Source: Verrucomicrobiota bacterium (GTDB lineage: Bacteria > Verrucomicrobiota > Verrucomicrobiia > Limisphaerales > UBA11358). Taken from it: 64,000 nt of DNA. Of this stretch, positions 9,568-19,327 are shown piece after piece (position 1 is the first letter of the stretch; each line of letters begins with the position of its first letter). The notes beneath the pieces are model-generated. The model was not told where the DNA came from. It ran no database searches and saw nothing but the letters and a program-made list of their open reading frames with translations. The DNA is taken from the NCBI GenBank assembly GCA_049523555.1, contig JBEKMU010000001.1, forward strand, positions 226 through 64,225. Direction: 5' to 3'. A program made the position numbers and the translations under genes.

Positions 9568-10365
9568 TCACGACGGCGGAAGGTTCAAAACCTGGCCGAC
9601 ACGAATCCGGGCAGGATTCATGTCTGGATTCGCCGCTACCAAGGCACTCAGTTTCACGCCGTATTTGCGCGCGATGCCCACCGCCGTTTCACCCGCGACG
9701 ACGGTGTGCGTGCGCGGCCTGGCAGTTGTCACGAGATTGGCGGGACGGCTGGCGTTGGTGCTCCCCGATGGGACAGAAACATTTTGCGCCGTTTGGGCCG
9801 GCGTTGGCTGGGTCGCGGCACCCCCCGATGGTGGCGCGTTGGTTTTGGCCGCCGCCAACTGGCTTGCGTAATACGCATGCCATTTGTTCACCTCGTCCTG
9901 CAATTGCCGGTTTTGCTCGGCCAGTCTTTCCAACTGCTGTTGTGCGGCGGGCGCGCTCGGCAGCGGCAGCACATCCGCCGCCAGTTGTTGTTTGCATCGG
10001 TCAATACGCGGTCGGATGACCTCGGCGTTGTCGGCGTTCGGACGCAACTTCAAATACTGCCCGTAGTGATAAATGGCCGCGGCGGGGTCGGGAACCTTCT
10101 CGTCGTAAAGCCAGCCGAGTTCAAAATGCGCCGCCGCCGAATGCGGATTTGCCTCCAGCGATTGTTCGAAAGCCTCGATCGCGCCCTGATAATCCATCGC
10201 GTTCACGCGCCCCTTGCCCAGCACAAAATGCGGCTCCTTTTCCTCGTCCAACTGGCTCTGGTCCGACGACGAGCAGCCATTCAGTGTGACACCGGCGGCC
10301 ATGACACACACGCCGAGCACAAAACGAATCCAACGCAACATGCCGCGAACGTAACCAAATCGCAC
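9568..10365 (-). CDS. TPR-like plus LysM domain lipoprotein
   Basis: Signal peptide with the lipobox-like sequence VTLNGCSS, a TPR-like helical region (YQGAIEAFEQSLEANPHSAAAHFELGWLY), and a C-terminal LysM (HTVVAGETAVGIARKYGVKLSALVAANPDMNPARIRVGQVLNLP). Confidence 0.7.
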   Translation of the reverse strand: MRFGYVRGMLRWIRFVLGVCVMAAGVTLNGCSSSDQSQLDEEKEPHFVLGKGRVNAMDYQGAIEAFEQSLEANPHSAAAHFELGWLYDEKVPDPAAAIYHYGQYLKLRPNADNAEVIRPRIDRCKQQLAADVLPLPSAPAAQQQLERLAEQNRQLQDEVNKWHAYYASQLAAAKTNAPPSGGAATQPTPAQTAQNVSVPSGSTNASRPANLVTTARPRTHTVVAGETAVGIARKYGVKLSALVAANPDMNPARIRVGQVLNLPPS

Positions 10366-10468
10366 GGCGCGTGCAATCGCGCGCTGCGACCGGTAAAATT
10401 TCGCGCCAAACTGCCGGTCAAAACCGGGCTTGAGATTTGGGGGCGCAAGACGCAGGTTGTTGGCGGAT

Positions 10469-10552
10469 GCGCGCGTGGCGGAACGGCAGACGCGCCGGAC
10501 TTAGGATCCGGTCCCGCAAGGGGTGGAGGTTCAACTCCTCTCGCGCGCACCA
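10469..10552 (+). tRNA. tRNA-Leu, anticodon TAG, type II long variable arm, CCA encoded
   Basis: Folded by hand. Acceptor stem GCGCGCG/CGCGCGC, anticodon stem CCGGA/TCCGG with loop CTTAGGA, T arm GGAGG-TTCAACT-CCTCT, discriminator A plus CCA. Length 84 nt. Confidence 0.9.
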
Positions 10553-10750
10553 TTTTTCGCTCCGCGAAAAATGCCGCGCACCGTAGCGCAAAGCGCGCAG
10601 GCGGGCGATCGAGCGTATGCTGGGAAGCGGCTGTGGTGAGCTTCGACCCGGCAAGCCACCCTCGAGCTGTTAAAATCCCTGTCTCAAACCGCGCAAAATT
10701 CTCAAAGGATTGGTCGTTTTTGGTTGTCCTACTTGGTAAAATGATGCCGC

Positions 10751-11311
10751 ATGGGCGACACGGATGAAGAAAAGGTCTGGGTGTTGCAAAGCCGAAACGG
10801 CGATCCTGCGGCTTTTGAATCGCTGATTCGCGCGCATCAACGCATGATTCATTCGCTGACATTTCGCATGACGGGTTCGCTGGCGGACGCCGAAGACCTG
10901 GCCCAGGAGACGTTCATCCGGGCTTACCGGCAACTGGATACTTACCAAGGCACCGCGAAGTTTTCCACCTGGCTCTATCGCATCGCGGTCAACACCTGCC
11001 TGAACTGGCGAAAGCGGGAGGCGCGACGTGAACAGGTTCACGCAAATTGGGCTGGGTCGGACGCTGCCCAGCAAACCGAAACAAAGTCCCTCGTGGACAA
11101 CGACGAACTCAGCCAAAGCGTACAGGCGGCCTTGCTGAAGCTGCCGGCCAAACAGCGCGCCGCCATTGTCCTGACGGTTTACGACGGGCACAACCATGCC
11201 GAAGCGGCTCAGTTGCTCGGTTGCTCCGAGGCGACGGTCTCCTGGCGCATGTTCGCGGCACGCCGGAAGTTGAAACGGCTGTTGAACGCCAAAGGAGGCC
11301 GGAATGAATGA
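10751..11311 (+). CDS. ECF-type RNA polymerase sigma factor
   Basis: Region 2 (DAEDLAQETFIRAYRQL, FSTWLYRIAVNTCLNWRK) and region 4 (LPAKQRAAIVLTVYDGHNHAEAAQLLGCSEATVSWRMFAARRKL). Confidence 0.9.
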   Translation: MGDTDEEKVWVLQSRNGDPAAFESLIRAHQRMIHSLTFRMTGSLADAEDLAQETFIRAYRQLDTYQGTAKFSTWLYRIAVNTCLNWRKREARREQVHANWAGSDAAQQTETKSLVDNDELSQSVQAALLKLPAKQRAAIVLTVYDGHNHAEAAQLLGCSEATVSWRMFAARRKLKRLLNAKGGRNE

Positions 11312-11900
11312 CTTTGATTTGGATAGGAAGCTGAAGGCTGCGCAAGTTCCGGCGCGGGACGAAAATTATTGGGAATCGTTTCCGCGGCTTGTATCTGCGA
11401 AATTGCGCGCCGCTCCGGCCGAACGTCCGTTTGAACGTCATTGGTGGCCCCAGTTGGCGTGGGGTGGCAGCATCGCCTTTGTCTGCCTGGTCATCGGCTT
11501 CGCCATCGGCCATTGGCACGGCCAAAGGCAGACAACGGAGGCGGATGCCCTGTTGCAGAACGGGAAAATGCTGCGCGAAGTGTTGACGCTGTTCCCCAAC
11601 CGTGTCCGCGCCATTGTTCAGGACGAGCACGGCATGCGACTGGTGCTTTCCGACCAGCCGGACGTGCCAACCTCAGTGCCGCTTTACGTTCATATCTGCG
11701 ACGGCAAACAATGTTCGTCGCTGGTGACCTTCAGCGGCCAGGAACTCGAAATCGCCGGCCAAAAAATCACCGTCCTTTCCGATGCGCAAGACGGCATCAT
11801 TTTAGAAGGGAACCAATTTGTGTGGTCCAGTTCGGCGCGGAATTTCGCACAAGGCGGATTGAAAATTGAAGCCAGGCGTTTGAATTCGATAACCCTGTGA
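11304..11900 (+). CDS. Putative anti-sigma factor (single-pass membrane protein)
   Basis: Overlaps the sigma gene stop by 8 nt. Has a short cytoplasmic N-terminus, one TM (WPQLAWGGSIAFVCLVIGFAIGHW) and an extracytoplasmic C-terminal domain. Confidence 0.55.
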   Translation: MNDFDLDRKLKAAQVPARDENYWESFPRLVSAKLRAAPAERPFERHWWPQLAWGGSIAFVCLVIGFAIGHWHGQRQTTEADALLQNGKMLREVLTLFPNRVRAIVQDEHGMRLVLSDQPDVPTSVPLYVHICDGKQCSSLVTFSGQELEIAGQKITVLSDAQDGIILEGNQFVWSSSARNFAQGGLKIEARRLNSITL

Positions 11901-11910
11901 CAAAAAATTC

Positions 11911-14900
11911 ATGAAAAAACTTCTGGGAGCTTTGGCGTTTGTAATTTTGGCGGCACGACTGTCCGCACAGTCAAACGAGCCGGTTCGGTTGGCGTTGATT
12001 TCAGAATCAGACGAAGCGTCCGTGGCTTCGGATGTTTTGACCGCCCAACTTTCCGGCAATGAAAAACTTCATCTGCTGGAACGAAACGAGGTTGAAAAGG
12101 TTTACCGGGAACAGGCATTGTCCGCCGCGAACAAGGACTATCTAAAACTGGGCCGGATTCTCGGCGCGGACGGGTTGTTGCTGTTTGATGTCGTGAGAAC
12201 CCCACAAACGACCAATTTGACGGCGCGACTGATCGCGGTGAAGCCGGGTGTGGTTTTGACGGATGGCAGTTTTTCGTGGCCATTGAAAGACACGATGCAA
12301 TGGGCGGAGTCGGTCACGACATATCTCAATTCCTTTTTGCCGAAGCTGACGTTGACGGCCAAAGACGCGATTCCCCTTTCGGTAGTAAACCTCCGTTCCG
12401 CCGTCCAGTCGGCCGAGGCGCAGGAAACGGAACGGCAATTGAAGTTGCTGGCCATCCAGCGCCTGAGCCAGGAACACCAGTTCTTTGTTTTGGAGCGGCA
12501 ACGGATGCAATTGTTGAGCGAAGAGAAGGATTTGAAATCGGACGAATCCGCGTTTTGGGACGGGAGCTATTTGCTGGAAGGGGTTGTGGATCAAAACGGC
12601 TATTCCAAGGATACAATTACCATCGATGCCCGCCTGACTCCACCGAAAGGCAGCGCGCCGTTATTGTTTGAGGTCAGTGGCAGCCGCACAAATTATGCGG
12701 AAGTCATCAACCGGCTGGCGGTAAAAGTCACCGAATTGCTGAAGGTCAACTCTGTCGTCAAGGAATGGAATGCCGCCGACGAGGCGCAACAATACTTTGA
12801 TGAAGCAAAATGGGCGCTGAGGTGGGGTGCTTTTCGAGAGGCACAAGCGGCGGCGGAATCGGCTTGGGCGTTGGGAAAGCGCGATATGGAATGCGCGACC
12901 GTGAGGATTGAATCCTATGCCGTGCCGCCGAACACCGGTGGATACCAAAAAGGGGAGTATACCAGTCGGCGCAATACTAATGAGATTATCCAAACAGTGG
13001 TAGAAGAAGCCGCGCCGGATCGTCTTTGGGGGTTGACTTGGAATGAACAGGATTACAATGGAACCAAAGTTGTGCAGTACGTTTCCGTTGGCAGACTCCC
13101 GGATCCCAAAAGCATCGATCTGGCCACCCATGCACTGCAACTTTATTACGATTTCAGCCAAACCTTGCCAGCGGGTGAACTGAAGGCAGGCTCAGCTTGG
13201 TATCGCTTGGGCGTCGAAGATTTGACGGTCGCCTCGCAAGTATTGCAGCACTTTTACTTTGTTCCCGAGTCGCAAGAACCTGCTGCCGAAAGGCTGGTAC
13301 AATTGCGCTCACTCGCTCGTTCCGTCGCGGGCTGGATTTCCGAGTCGCCGTCGGTGCATGACAGCTATTTTGTGGGCGACCGCATTGCCACTCACGATGA
13401 ACTTGCCCATACGATTGAAGAGAGCCCAAACATTTTCAGTTGTGAAGTGAAGTGGGGTTGTTTTTGGCAGGAGCGGCCGGAAGACTGCACTGCGCTTTAC
13501 CGCGAACTGATGAGCAGCCCGGTTTTCTGTTACATCCACAAGGATTTTTGGCTGCGCGATTTGCCAACACCCCGACTGGTGGCTTGGGATGAGAATGATC
13601 GAAAGCGCATTCCGATGGTGTGGAGCAACTTCGGCCGGGAGCTGGCTGCTTCCACTAATGTGCTTTTGCAGTTGGAAGACAAGGCGCTCATGCTGGCCGA
13701 CGCGGATAGCGAAAAGAAAATGGGCGCGGCCTTCGCCAATTTTTTCAACAGTGTTTTTGAAAACCGCGATGCGCTGGTGGCCAACCATGTCGAGGTGCTG
13801 TATTTGAATTGGGGTGCGGACGATCTTGTCAGCGCGAAAACCAGCGGTGGCATTGTTACGGACACCAAGGATTCGTTGCAGCATCTTTTTTATTCCGAAT
13901 ACCGCCCCAAACTCGAAGCCATGGATCAGGAGTACCGGGGCAAGGCAGTTCCTGCCGGACAGATTCTTTCCACGTTTGAAAAACAGAAGCAGTATTTGAA
14001 AGACAACAGACCACACGATTTTCTTGAGTTTGCGCATACGTTTTTGATTGGAGAGCCAAATTATTCCAAAGCCCAGGCGCTTGAAATCCAGCCGCTGCTC
14101 GCCGCTTACAAATCAAATCTTGTCGCTCAATCCCGAAACGCTTCCGGGATGCAAAAGGGCGAATTAATGAGCGCAATCGCCCAAGTTGGTTTTGTGGAAA
14201 ATGGCCTGAACCGTACCTTGAATCCGCCCGCGCCGAGGCTCCAGCAACCAGCGCAAACCCGGACACCCAAGCCCGCCCCGGTCACGAAGGCTGTGGTTGC
14301 TGCTGCGGTTCCCACCCCTGCGCCGGAAATCGTCACCAATGTGATTGTGGTGAGCAAATATTTAGCGATTCCCGGGGAAAGGCTCATCAATTTGGACAGT
14401 TCTGAGCACATTTGGTATTTGTGGGGCACCATTACTGCGCATCACTGGTATGATGGGAGGCTGTTGCTGGATTACGAATACTCCGCAGCCACACAGTGGT
14501 TGGACGAAAAAGGAAATGTAACGGGCGGTCGTAACGTCAGTGGTCCGGCCATTGCCATCCTTGATCCCGCTACGGAGCACTGGGATGTCATCGGTTGTCC
14601 TGAAGCGGACATTCAATCGCAAAACAATTTTTATCATCGCAGCGCGCTTTTGCACGGTGAATTGTTTACCTGCGATGGCGGACAGATCAAAAAATATGAC
14701 TTCCAAAACCGGCAGTGGATGATTTTAAAGATTTCGAATGGCAACAATTACGAATTGTTTGCCGTCAATGGGCATCTTTACGCGGCTAGCAGTGACATGA
14801 TTTTCGAGATTTTAGACGGCGGAAAATCAACCCAAATCTTGGCCAGCACCAGAAGGAATCCGCCCGCTTCTACGTTGGATAGGGAGGATTTGGGAACCCC

Positions 14901-15972
14901 GACTTTGTTTGAGGGGCCGGACCATTCGCTGCGGGCTCGCACCTCAAGTAAAATTTTCACTTGGGCAGGCAACGATTGGCGTGAAGATTCCGGCGCACCA
15001 CCCGCCTTGTCCCGGTATGAAATCCGGCAAGAAAATGGTGCGGCAAAGGATGCATATAACGCCGCCTTGCTTTGCTTTTCCCGCGATTTGCCTCTGCCCC
15101 AAAAAATATTTTTAAAATTCGCTCCCGCCGATGCGAAAATTCCCGCTTGGGTTTTTCCCACCACCAACCTTCTGTTATTCGGTCCGGAAACTTCGCGCTT
15201 CGAGGGCTTAAATGACCGCAAGGCAGGTGTTTGGTTGATGCCTGTTTCCCAACTTGATTCTGCAATCGCTGCACAAAAACAAATCCAACTTGAACAAAAG
15301 GCACAGGCGGTTGCCGCAGCGGGACAAGCCCAAAAAAATCTTCTGGCGAAATACGACCGAAACCACAACGGCATCATTGATCAAGACGAAAGAGAAGAGG
15401 CGCTGGATGATCCGGCCTTCATTGAGTCTGAATTGGACACGATTGACGCCAATCATAATAATCGGCTTGACCCCGAGGAACTTGTCTATTTCGACGCCAA
15501 CCAGGACAAAATTTTAGAACCAAAGGAACAGGCCGGGATTGATATCGCACAACACCTGCTGACAGCAAAACTCTTGAAGCAATTCGATGTCAATGGCGAT
15601 AACCTTCTCGATCGGAATGAATTTGACGGTTTACTGCAATCTGGCGTGAGCGCCAAGATGTCATCCAGTCTTGATTTCTTACTCTCAGATGCAAATCACG
15701 ACGGGTCCATTGATCCTGGGGAACTTGAATCGTTCTTGAAGCAGCAATTACGCAGGGAACTTCAAGCGCGCGGAGTGCCGACCGCAGCCCTTTTTAACCA
15801 GATGAGGGTTGAGGCGAACAAGACCACTGACCCCCGGCAATTATTCAAGGAAGCTGTGGAATTTTACTGGCAGATTCCCGGTAGTATCACCAATAAACCG
15901 CCATTCAACAGAAGGATTCCACCCGGCAGTGGTCTTGTTACCAATGGGATGCACAGCGGCGTAACTCAATGA
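11911..15972 (+). CDS. Giant secreted protein (1353 aa): N-terminal CsgG/LpoB-like module, central possible beta-propeller region, C-terminal array of 5 EF-hand Ca-binding loops
   Basis: Signal peptide MKKLLGALAFVILAARLSAQ. N-module pattern ...LHLLERNEVEKVYREQALSAAN...LGRILGADGLLLFDV... C-terminal loops are DRNHNGIIDQDE, DANHNNRLDPEE, DANQDKILEPKE, DVNGDNLLDRNE and DANHDGSIDPGE. Confidence 0.6.
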   Translation: MKKLLGALAFVILAARLSAQSNEPVRLALISESDEASVASDVLTAQLSGNEKLHLLERNEVEKVYREQALSAANKDYLKLGRILGADGLLLFDVVRTPQTTNLTARLIAVKPGVVLTDGSFSWPLKDTMQWAESVTTYLNSFLPKLTLTAKDAIPLSVVNLRSAVQSAEAQETERQLKLLAIQRLSQEHQFFVLERQRMQLLSEEKDLKSDESAFWDGSYLLEGVVDQNGYSKDTITIDARLTPPKGSAPLLFEVSGSRTNYAEVINRLAVKVTELLKVNSVVKEWNAADEAQQYFDEAKWALRWGAFREAQAAAESAWALGKRDMECATVRIESYAVPPNTGGYQKGEYTSRRNTNEIIQTVVEEAAPDRLWGLTWNEQDYNGTKVVQYVSVGRLPDPKSIDLATHALQLYYDFSQTLPAGELKAGSAWYRLGVEDLTVASQVLQHFYFVPESQEPAAERLVQLRSLARSVAGWISESPSVHDSYFVGDRIATHDELAHTIEESPNIFSCEVKWGCFWQERPEDCTALYRELMSSPVFCYIHKDFWLRDLPTPRLVAWDENDRKRIPMVWSNFGRELAASTNVLLQLEDKALMLADADSEKKMGAAFANFFNSVFENRDALVANHVEVLYLNWGADDLVSAKTSGGIVTDTKDSLQHLFYSEYRPKLEAMDQEYRGKAVPAGQILSTFEKQKQYLKDNRPHDFLEFAHTFLIGEPNYSKAQALEIQPLLAAYKSNLVAQSRNASGMQKGELMSAIAQVGFVENGLNRTLNPPAPRLQQPAQTRTPKPAPVTKAVVAAAVPTPAPEIVTNVIVVSKYLAIPGERLINLDSSEHIWYLWGTITAHHWYDGRLLLDYEYSAATQWLDEKGNVTGGRNVSGPAIAILDPATEHWDVIGCPEADIQSQNNFYHRSALLHGELFTCDGGQIKKYDFQNRQWMILKISNGNNYELFAVNGHLYAASSDMIFEILDGGKSTQILASTRRNPPASTLDREDLGTPTLFEGPDHSLRARTSSKIFTWAGNDWREDSGAPPALSRYEIRQENGAAKDAYNAALLCFSRDLPLPQKIFLKFAPADAKIPAWVFPTTNLLLFGPETSRFEGLNDRKAGVWLMPVSQLDSAIAAQKQIQLEQKAQAVAAAGQAQKNLLAKYDRNHNGIIDQDEREEALDDPAFIESELDTIDANHNNRLDPEELVYFDANQDKILEPKEQAGIDIAQHLLTAKLLKQFDVNGDNLLDRNEFDGLLQSGVSAKMSSSLDFLLSDANHDGSIDPGELESFLKQQLRRELQARGVPTAALFNQMRVEANKTTDPRQLFKEAVEFYWQIPGSITNKPPFNRRIPPGSGLVTNGMHSGVTQ

Positions 15973-16000
15973 ACCTATCCACTCTAATGCTGACACGAAA

Positions 16001-19000
16001 ATGAAGATTTGGATATTGGTATTGATGTTGTCGGTTGCAGCCGACATGCAAGTGCAGGCGCAGTCAAATGAGCCAGTCCGGCTGGCGTTGATTTCAGAAT
16101 CAGATGAAGCATCCGTGGCTTCGGATGTTTTGACCGCCCAACTTTCGGGCAATCCAAACATCCATCTGCTGGAGCGAAATGAAATCGAGAAAGTCTATCG
16201 CGAGCAGGGATTGTCGGTGGCCAACCAGGATTATTTGAAACTGGGCCGGATTCTCGGCGCGGACGGGTTGTTGCTGTTTGATGTCGTGAGAACGCCGCAG
16301 ATGACCAACCTGATGGCGCGGTTGATTGCAGTGAAGCCAGGGGTTGTGTTGACGGACGGCAGTTTTCCCTGGCCATTGAAAGATACAATGCAATGGGCGG
16401 AATCAGTCGCCATCGGTCTTAATTTCTTTTTGCCGAAACTGACGTTGCTGGCCAAGGACGCGATCCCAATTTCAGTGGTGAATCTCCGCTCCGCCGTTCC
16501 GTCGGCAGAGGCGCAGGAGACGGAACAGCAATTGAAACTGCTGACGATCCAGCGATTGAGCCAGGAGCGGCAGTTCTTTGTGTTGGAGCGGCAACGGATG
16601 CAATTGTTGAGCGAGGAAAAGGAATTGAAATCGGACGAGTCAGCGTTTTGGGACGGCAGCTATTTGCTGGAAGGCGTTGTGGACCAAAGTGGATATTCCA
16701 AAGAGACCGTTACCATTGATGCCCGGCTGACTCCACCAAAAGGCGGCGCGCCGTTGTTGTTTGAGGTCAGTGGCAGTCGCACGAATTTCGCCGAGGTCAT
16801 CAACCGGCTGGCGGTAAAAGTCACCGAATTGCTAAAGGTCAATTCCGCCGTCAAAGAATGGAAAGCCGCCGATGAGGCAGGTCAGTTTTTTGATGAAGCG
16901 AAATGGGCGCTGAGGTGGGGAGTCTATTCCGAAGCACAGGCGGCGTCGGATTCAGCGTGGGCATTGGGGAAACGCGACATGGATTGCGCTTTGGTGCGGG
17001 TAAGGTCTTACTTGGCAGATGCGAAACCCGCCGACCCCAACGAACTATATGAACAAACCATTTCCAAGGACGAAACCGATACTTCTAAACATTCCAATTC
17101 CTCCATCCAAGAAGCAACGAATGCTGCCACCGGAGAAGTAATTTCGATATTTAGGCGAAGCGGCAATACCGTTAGCTATATAAACTTCAAGAAGCGTCCT
17201 GATCCTTTAAGATTTGCCTCGGTCATTTGCGCGCTTGAACTTTACGAAGCACAGTTGAATTCTCTGCAATGGAGTGATCCAACAACCCGCAAAGAGTGGT
17301 GTGAGCTGGGCACAAGCCTTCTGGAAACCGCCGGCCAATGGTTGCGGGATTATTATCTCGCAAAGCAGGCACGGGCGGAAGTGGAGACCCGGTTGGAGTC
17401 AATGCGGCGACTTTGCAGGACAATTTCGTCTGCGCTTGTCGTGATGCCGGAGGCCAATGAGGAACGGTTTTGGGACGCTTTGGGTGGTTTCGGCGTCTTT
17501 TGGTGCGAGACACCGGAAGAAGGCACAGATCTTTACAGGAAACTTTTCAGGCTGCGCCGATTTAGTTCTGTGCGCAAACATGTCACCGGGTGCTACCCGG
17601 TTTTCTGCAATAGACTGCTACTGCCCGTGCTGGCGGCGTGGCAACCAGAGGATGACGTCCGGATTCCCCGCCTCTGGCATGATCTGTTGGAAGAGATGTG
17701 CTCGTCAACAAACAGCGAACTTCGCGGCAATGGCTACTTCATCGTTTGTACGGAGGCCGAGGATGCGCAGACATTCATAAAAGCCCTCCGAGTTTCAAAT
17801 ATGTGTTTCTACGGTAATGACTCGAGCATCGCTGCCGACCTTGGAACGTTGTGGACGGAAGGACGAGACAAATTCCCCCGCGACCAATGGGAGTTGGCTT
17901 GGCAGGCGAAACTCGACCCGGTTATCGAACTGGGAACTCAGGAAGCCAGATCGAATGCTATGCAATCTATTCCCCCCCCACCCATGTTATCGCGACCGTT
18001 CCAATTCCCTGCGAATTCGAATCTTCCAACGTTGGCAAAACCCGCGCCTGTTGCTCCGCACAAAGCCGAAACCCAACCCACCAATCTGCTCGAAGTCACC
18101 CGGTTCTGGGAGATTCCGCTGACCAACAAATTGACGTTCACCAATTACTCCAACAAAGGCGAAATTCAGAGTCTCGCTACTTGGGGCGCGCCGAGTTCGG
18201 TAATCGCTTTCTGCTATCGTGAAGGTCATTTATGGGTGGAAGTCGATCGCGAATGTCGTTCTGTGCATGAGCGTTTTTTCTTCGAGGTAAACCTAGACAC
18301 TTTCACATCAGAATGCATTCCGATTGACAACGAGCGATACCATCCGCAAGACAGTTACGATTTTGCGGGCCCGTTTCGGACGTTTGAAGTTTATAGCAAC
18401 TATCTTTACGTCAGTTCAAGCGATGGCATCAAACGATACTCGCTGGCGCGCAAAACGTGGGAAGACCTGCCTGTCCCGGTCGGCGGTCATGCCCGGATCA
18501 CTGCATTTGATGGGCGGATATTTTTAACCAGTGCGAGCGCAATCATTGAAATGTCGCCTGACGGTCAAATGTCAAAGGTCCTCGCCAGCACCCGCCGCCG
18601 GCCGCCGCTGACAACGCTTGACACCATGGACAGTTTTTTCGTGAAAGTGGCGCCGGACTGGAATTCCTGCAGGCTTTTTGCGCCCATTCTTCCTGGTCCT
18701 GACGGTTCGATCATCGCCTTTTTGAAGGGGCGGCTTTACCTGTTGGCGCAAGGTGCAAGTGCCTTGACGCCTTGGACGGAAATCCTTGGGGGCCGGGAGG
18801 CGGAACTTTCTTTTTCTCCCGGAGGTTTGCTGGTTTTGTCCTCCCTTGATGTTATGAAGCCTCCGCCAGCTTCCGAACTGTATCTGACTCGCGCCGGCTC
18901 CACCAACGTAGATTGCATTTTTGCCGACGGGCCAAGTTCGGCGGAACAAGCTTACTTGAACCAGATAGGGATCCACAGACAACAACCGCCGCCGCGGTGG

Positions 19001-19321
19001 GCTTCACCCGAAGGAATGCGGATTGCCGATTGGCCTGCCTGTTTGGATGGGGACACGGTGTGGGTGCTGTATGGCCCTCCCCGCGATATTACTTTGCTCC
19101 ACTTTGTGCCTGGCCAAGCTAAACCGGTATCATACCGGTTACGCTTGAAACAGCCAATTGCTAGCGACGCGCATTTCGATTGGACTCTCCCGTACAAATG
19201 GATTCAAATTGAAGCGACGCCGCAAGGCATTGTTTTCGGTGGCGCGGGGGTGAGCCGTGGTCTCTGGTTTGTTCCTTCCACAGACCTTCAAAGGATTGAC
19301 CAGCCTGAATTGTCTAAATAA
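16001..19321 (+). CDS. Giant secreted protein (1106 aa), tandem paralog of the 11911-15972 product
   Basis: The first ~330 aa are nearly collinear with the upstream paralog (SNEPVRLALISESDEASVASDVLTAQLSGN... to ...AWALGKRDM.C). The rest diverges but keeps a shared ASTRR.PP..TLD motif. No EF-hand array. Confidence 0.6.
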   Translation: MKIWILVLMLSVAADMQVQAQSNEPVRLALISESDEASVASDVLTAQLSGNPNIHLLERNEIEKVYREQGLSVANQDYLKLGRILGADGLLLFDVVRTPQMTNLMARLIAVKPGVVLTDGSFPWPLKDTMQWAESVAIGLNFFLPKLTLLAKDAIPISVVNLRSAVPSAEAQETEQQLKLLTIQRLSQERQFFVLERQRMQLLSEEKELKSDESAFWDGSYLLEGVVDQSGYSKETVTIDARLTPPKGGAPLLFEVSGSRTNFAEVINRLAVKVTELLKVNSAVKEWKAADEAGQFFDEAKWALRWGVYSEAQAASDSAWALGKRDMDCALVRVRSYLADAKPADPNELYEQTISKDETDTSKHSNSSIQEATNAATGEVISIFRRSGNTVSYINFKKRPDPLRFASVICALELYEAQLNSLQWSDPTTRKEWCELGTSLLETAGQWLRDYYLAKQARAEVETRLESMRRLCRTISSALVVMPEANEERFWDALGGFGVFWCETPEEGTDLYRKLFRLRRFSSVRKHVTGCYPVFCNRLLLPVLAAWQPEDDVRIPRLWHDLLEEMCSSTNSELRGNGYFIVCTEAEDAQTFIKALRVSNMCFYGNDSSIAADLGTLWTEGRDKFPRDQWELAWQAKLDPVIELGTQEARSNAMQSIPPPPMLSRPFQFPANSNLPTLAKPAPVAPHKAETQPTNLLEVTRFWEIPLTNKLTFTNYSNKGEIQSLATWGAPSSVIAFCYREGHLWVEVDRECRSVHERFFFEVNLDTFTSECIPIDNERYHPQDSYDFAGPFRTFEVYSNYLYVSSSDGIKRYSLARKTWEDLPVPVGGHARITAFDGRIFLTSASAIIEMSPDGQMSKVLASTRRRPPLTTLDTMDSFFVKVAPDWNSCRLFAPILPGPDGSIIAFLKGRLYLLAQGASALTPWTEILGGREAELSFSPGGLLVLSSLDVMKPPPASELYLTRAGSTNVDCIFADGPSSAEQAYLNQIGIHRQQPPPRWASPEGMRIADWPACLDGDTVWVLYGPPRDITLLHFVPGQAKPVSYRLRLKQPIASDAHFDWTLPYKWIQIEATPQGIVFGGAGVSRGLWFVPSTDLQRIDQPELSK

Positions 19322-19327
19322 TTAGAA

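Noticed and set aside
10469-10552. tRNA-Leu as an integration site for a genomic island
   Set aside because: There is no integrase gene, no duplicated tRNA 3' half and no compositional break next to it. The flanking ECF block is host-like in composition.
9706-10767. 353-aa plus-strand ORF covering the LysM gene antisense, the tRNA-Leu and the sigma-factor upstream region
   Set aside because: It runs through a well-folded tRNA gene and antisense to a motif-bearing CDS, and it has a spurious composition.
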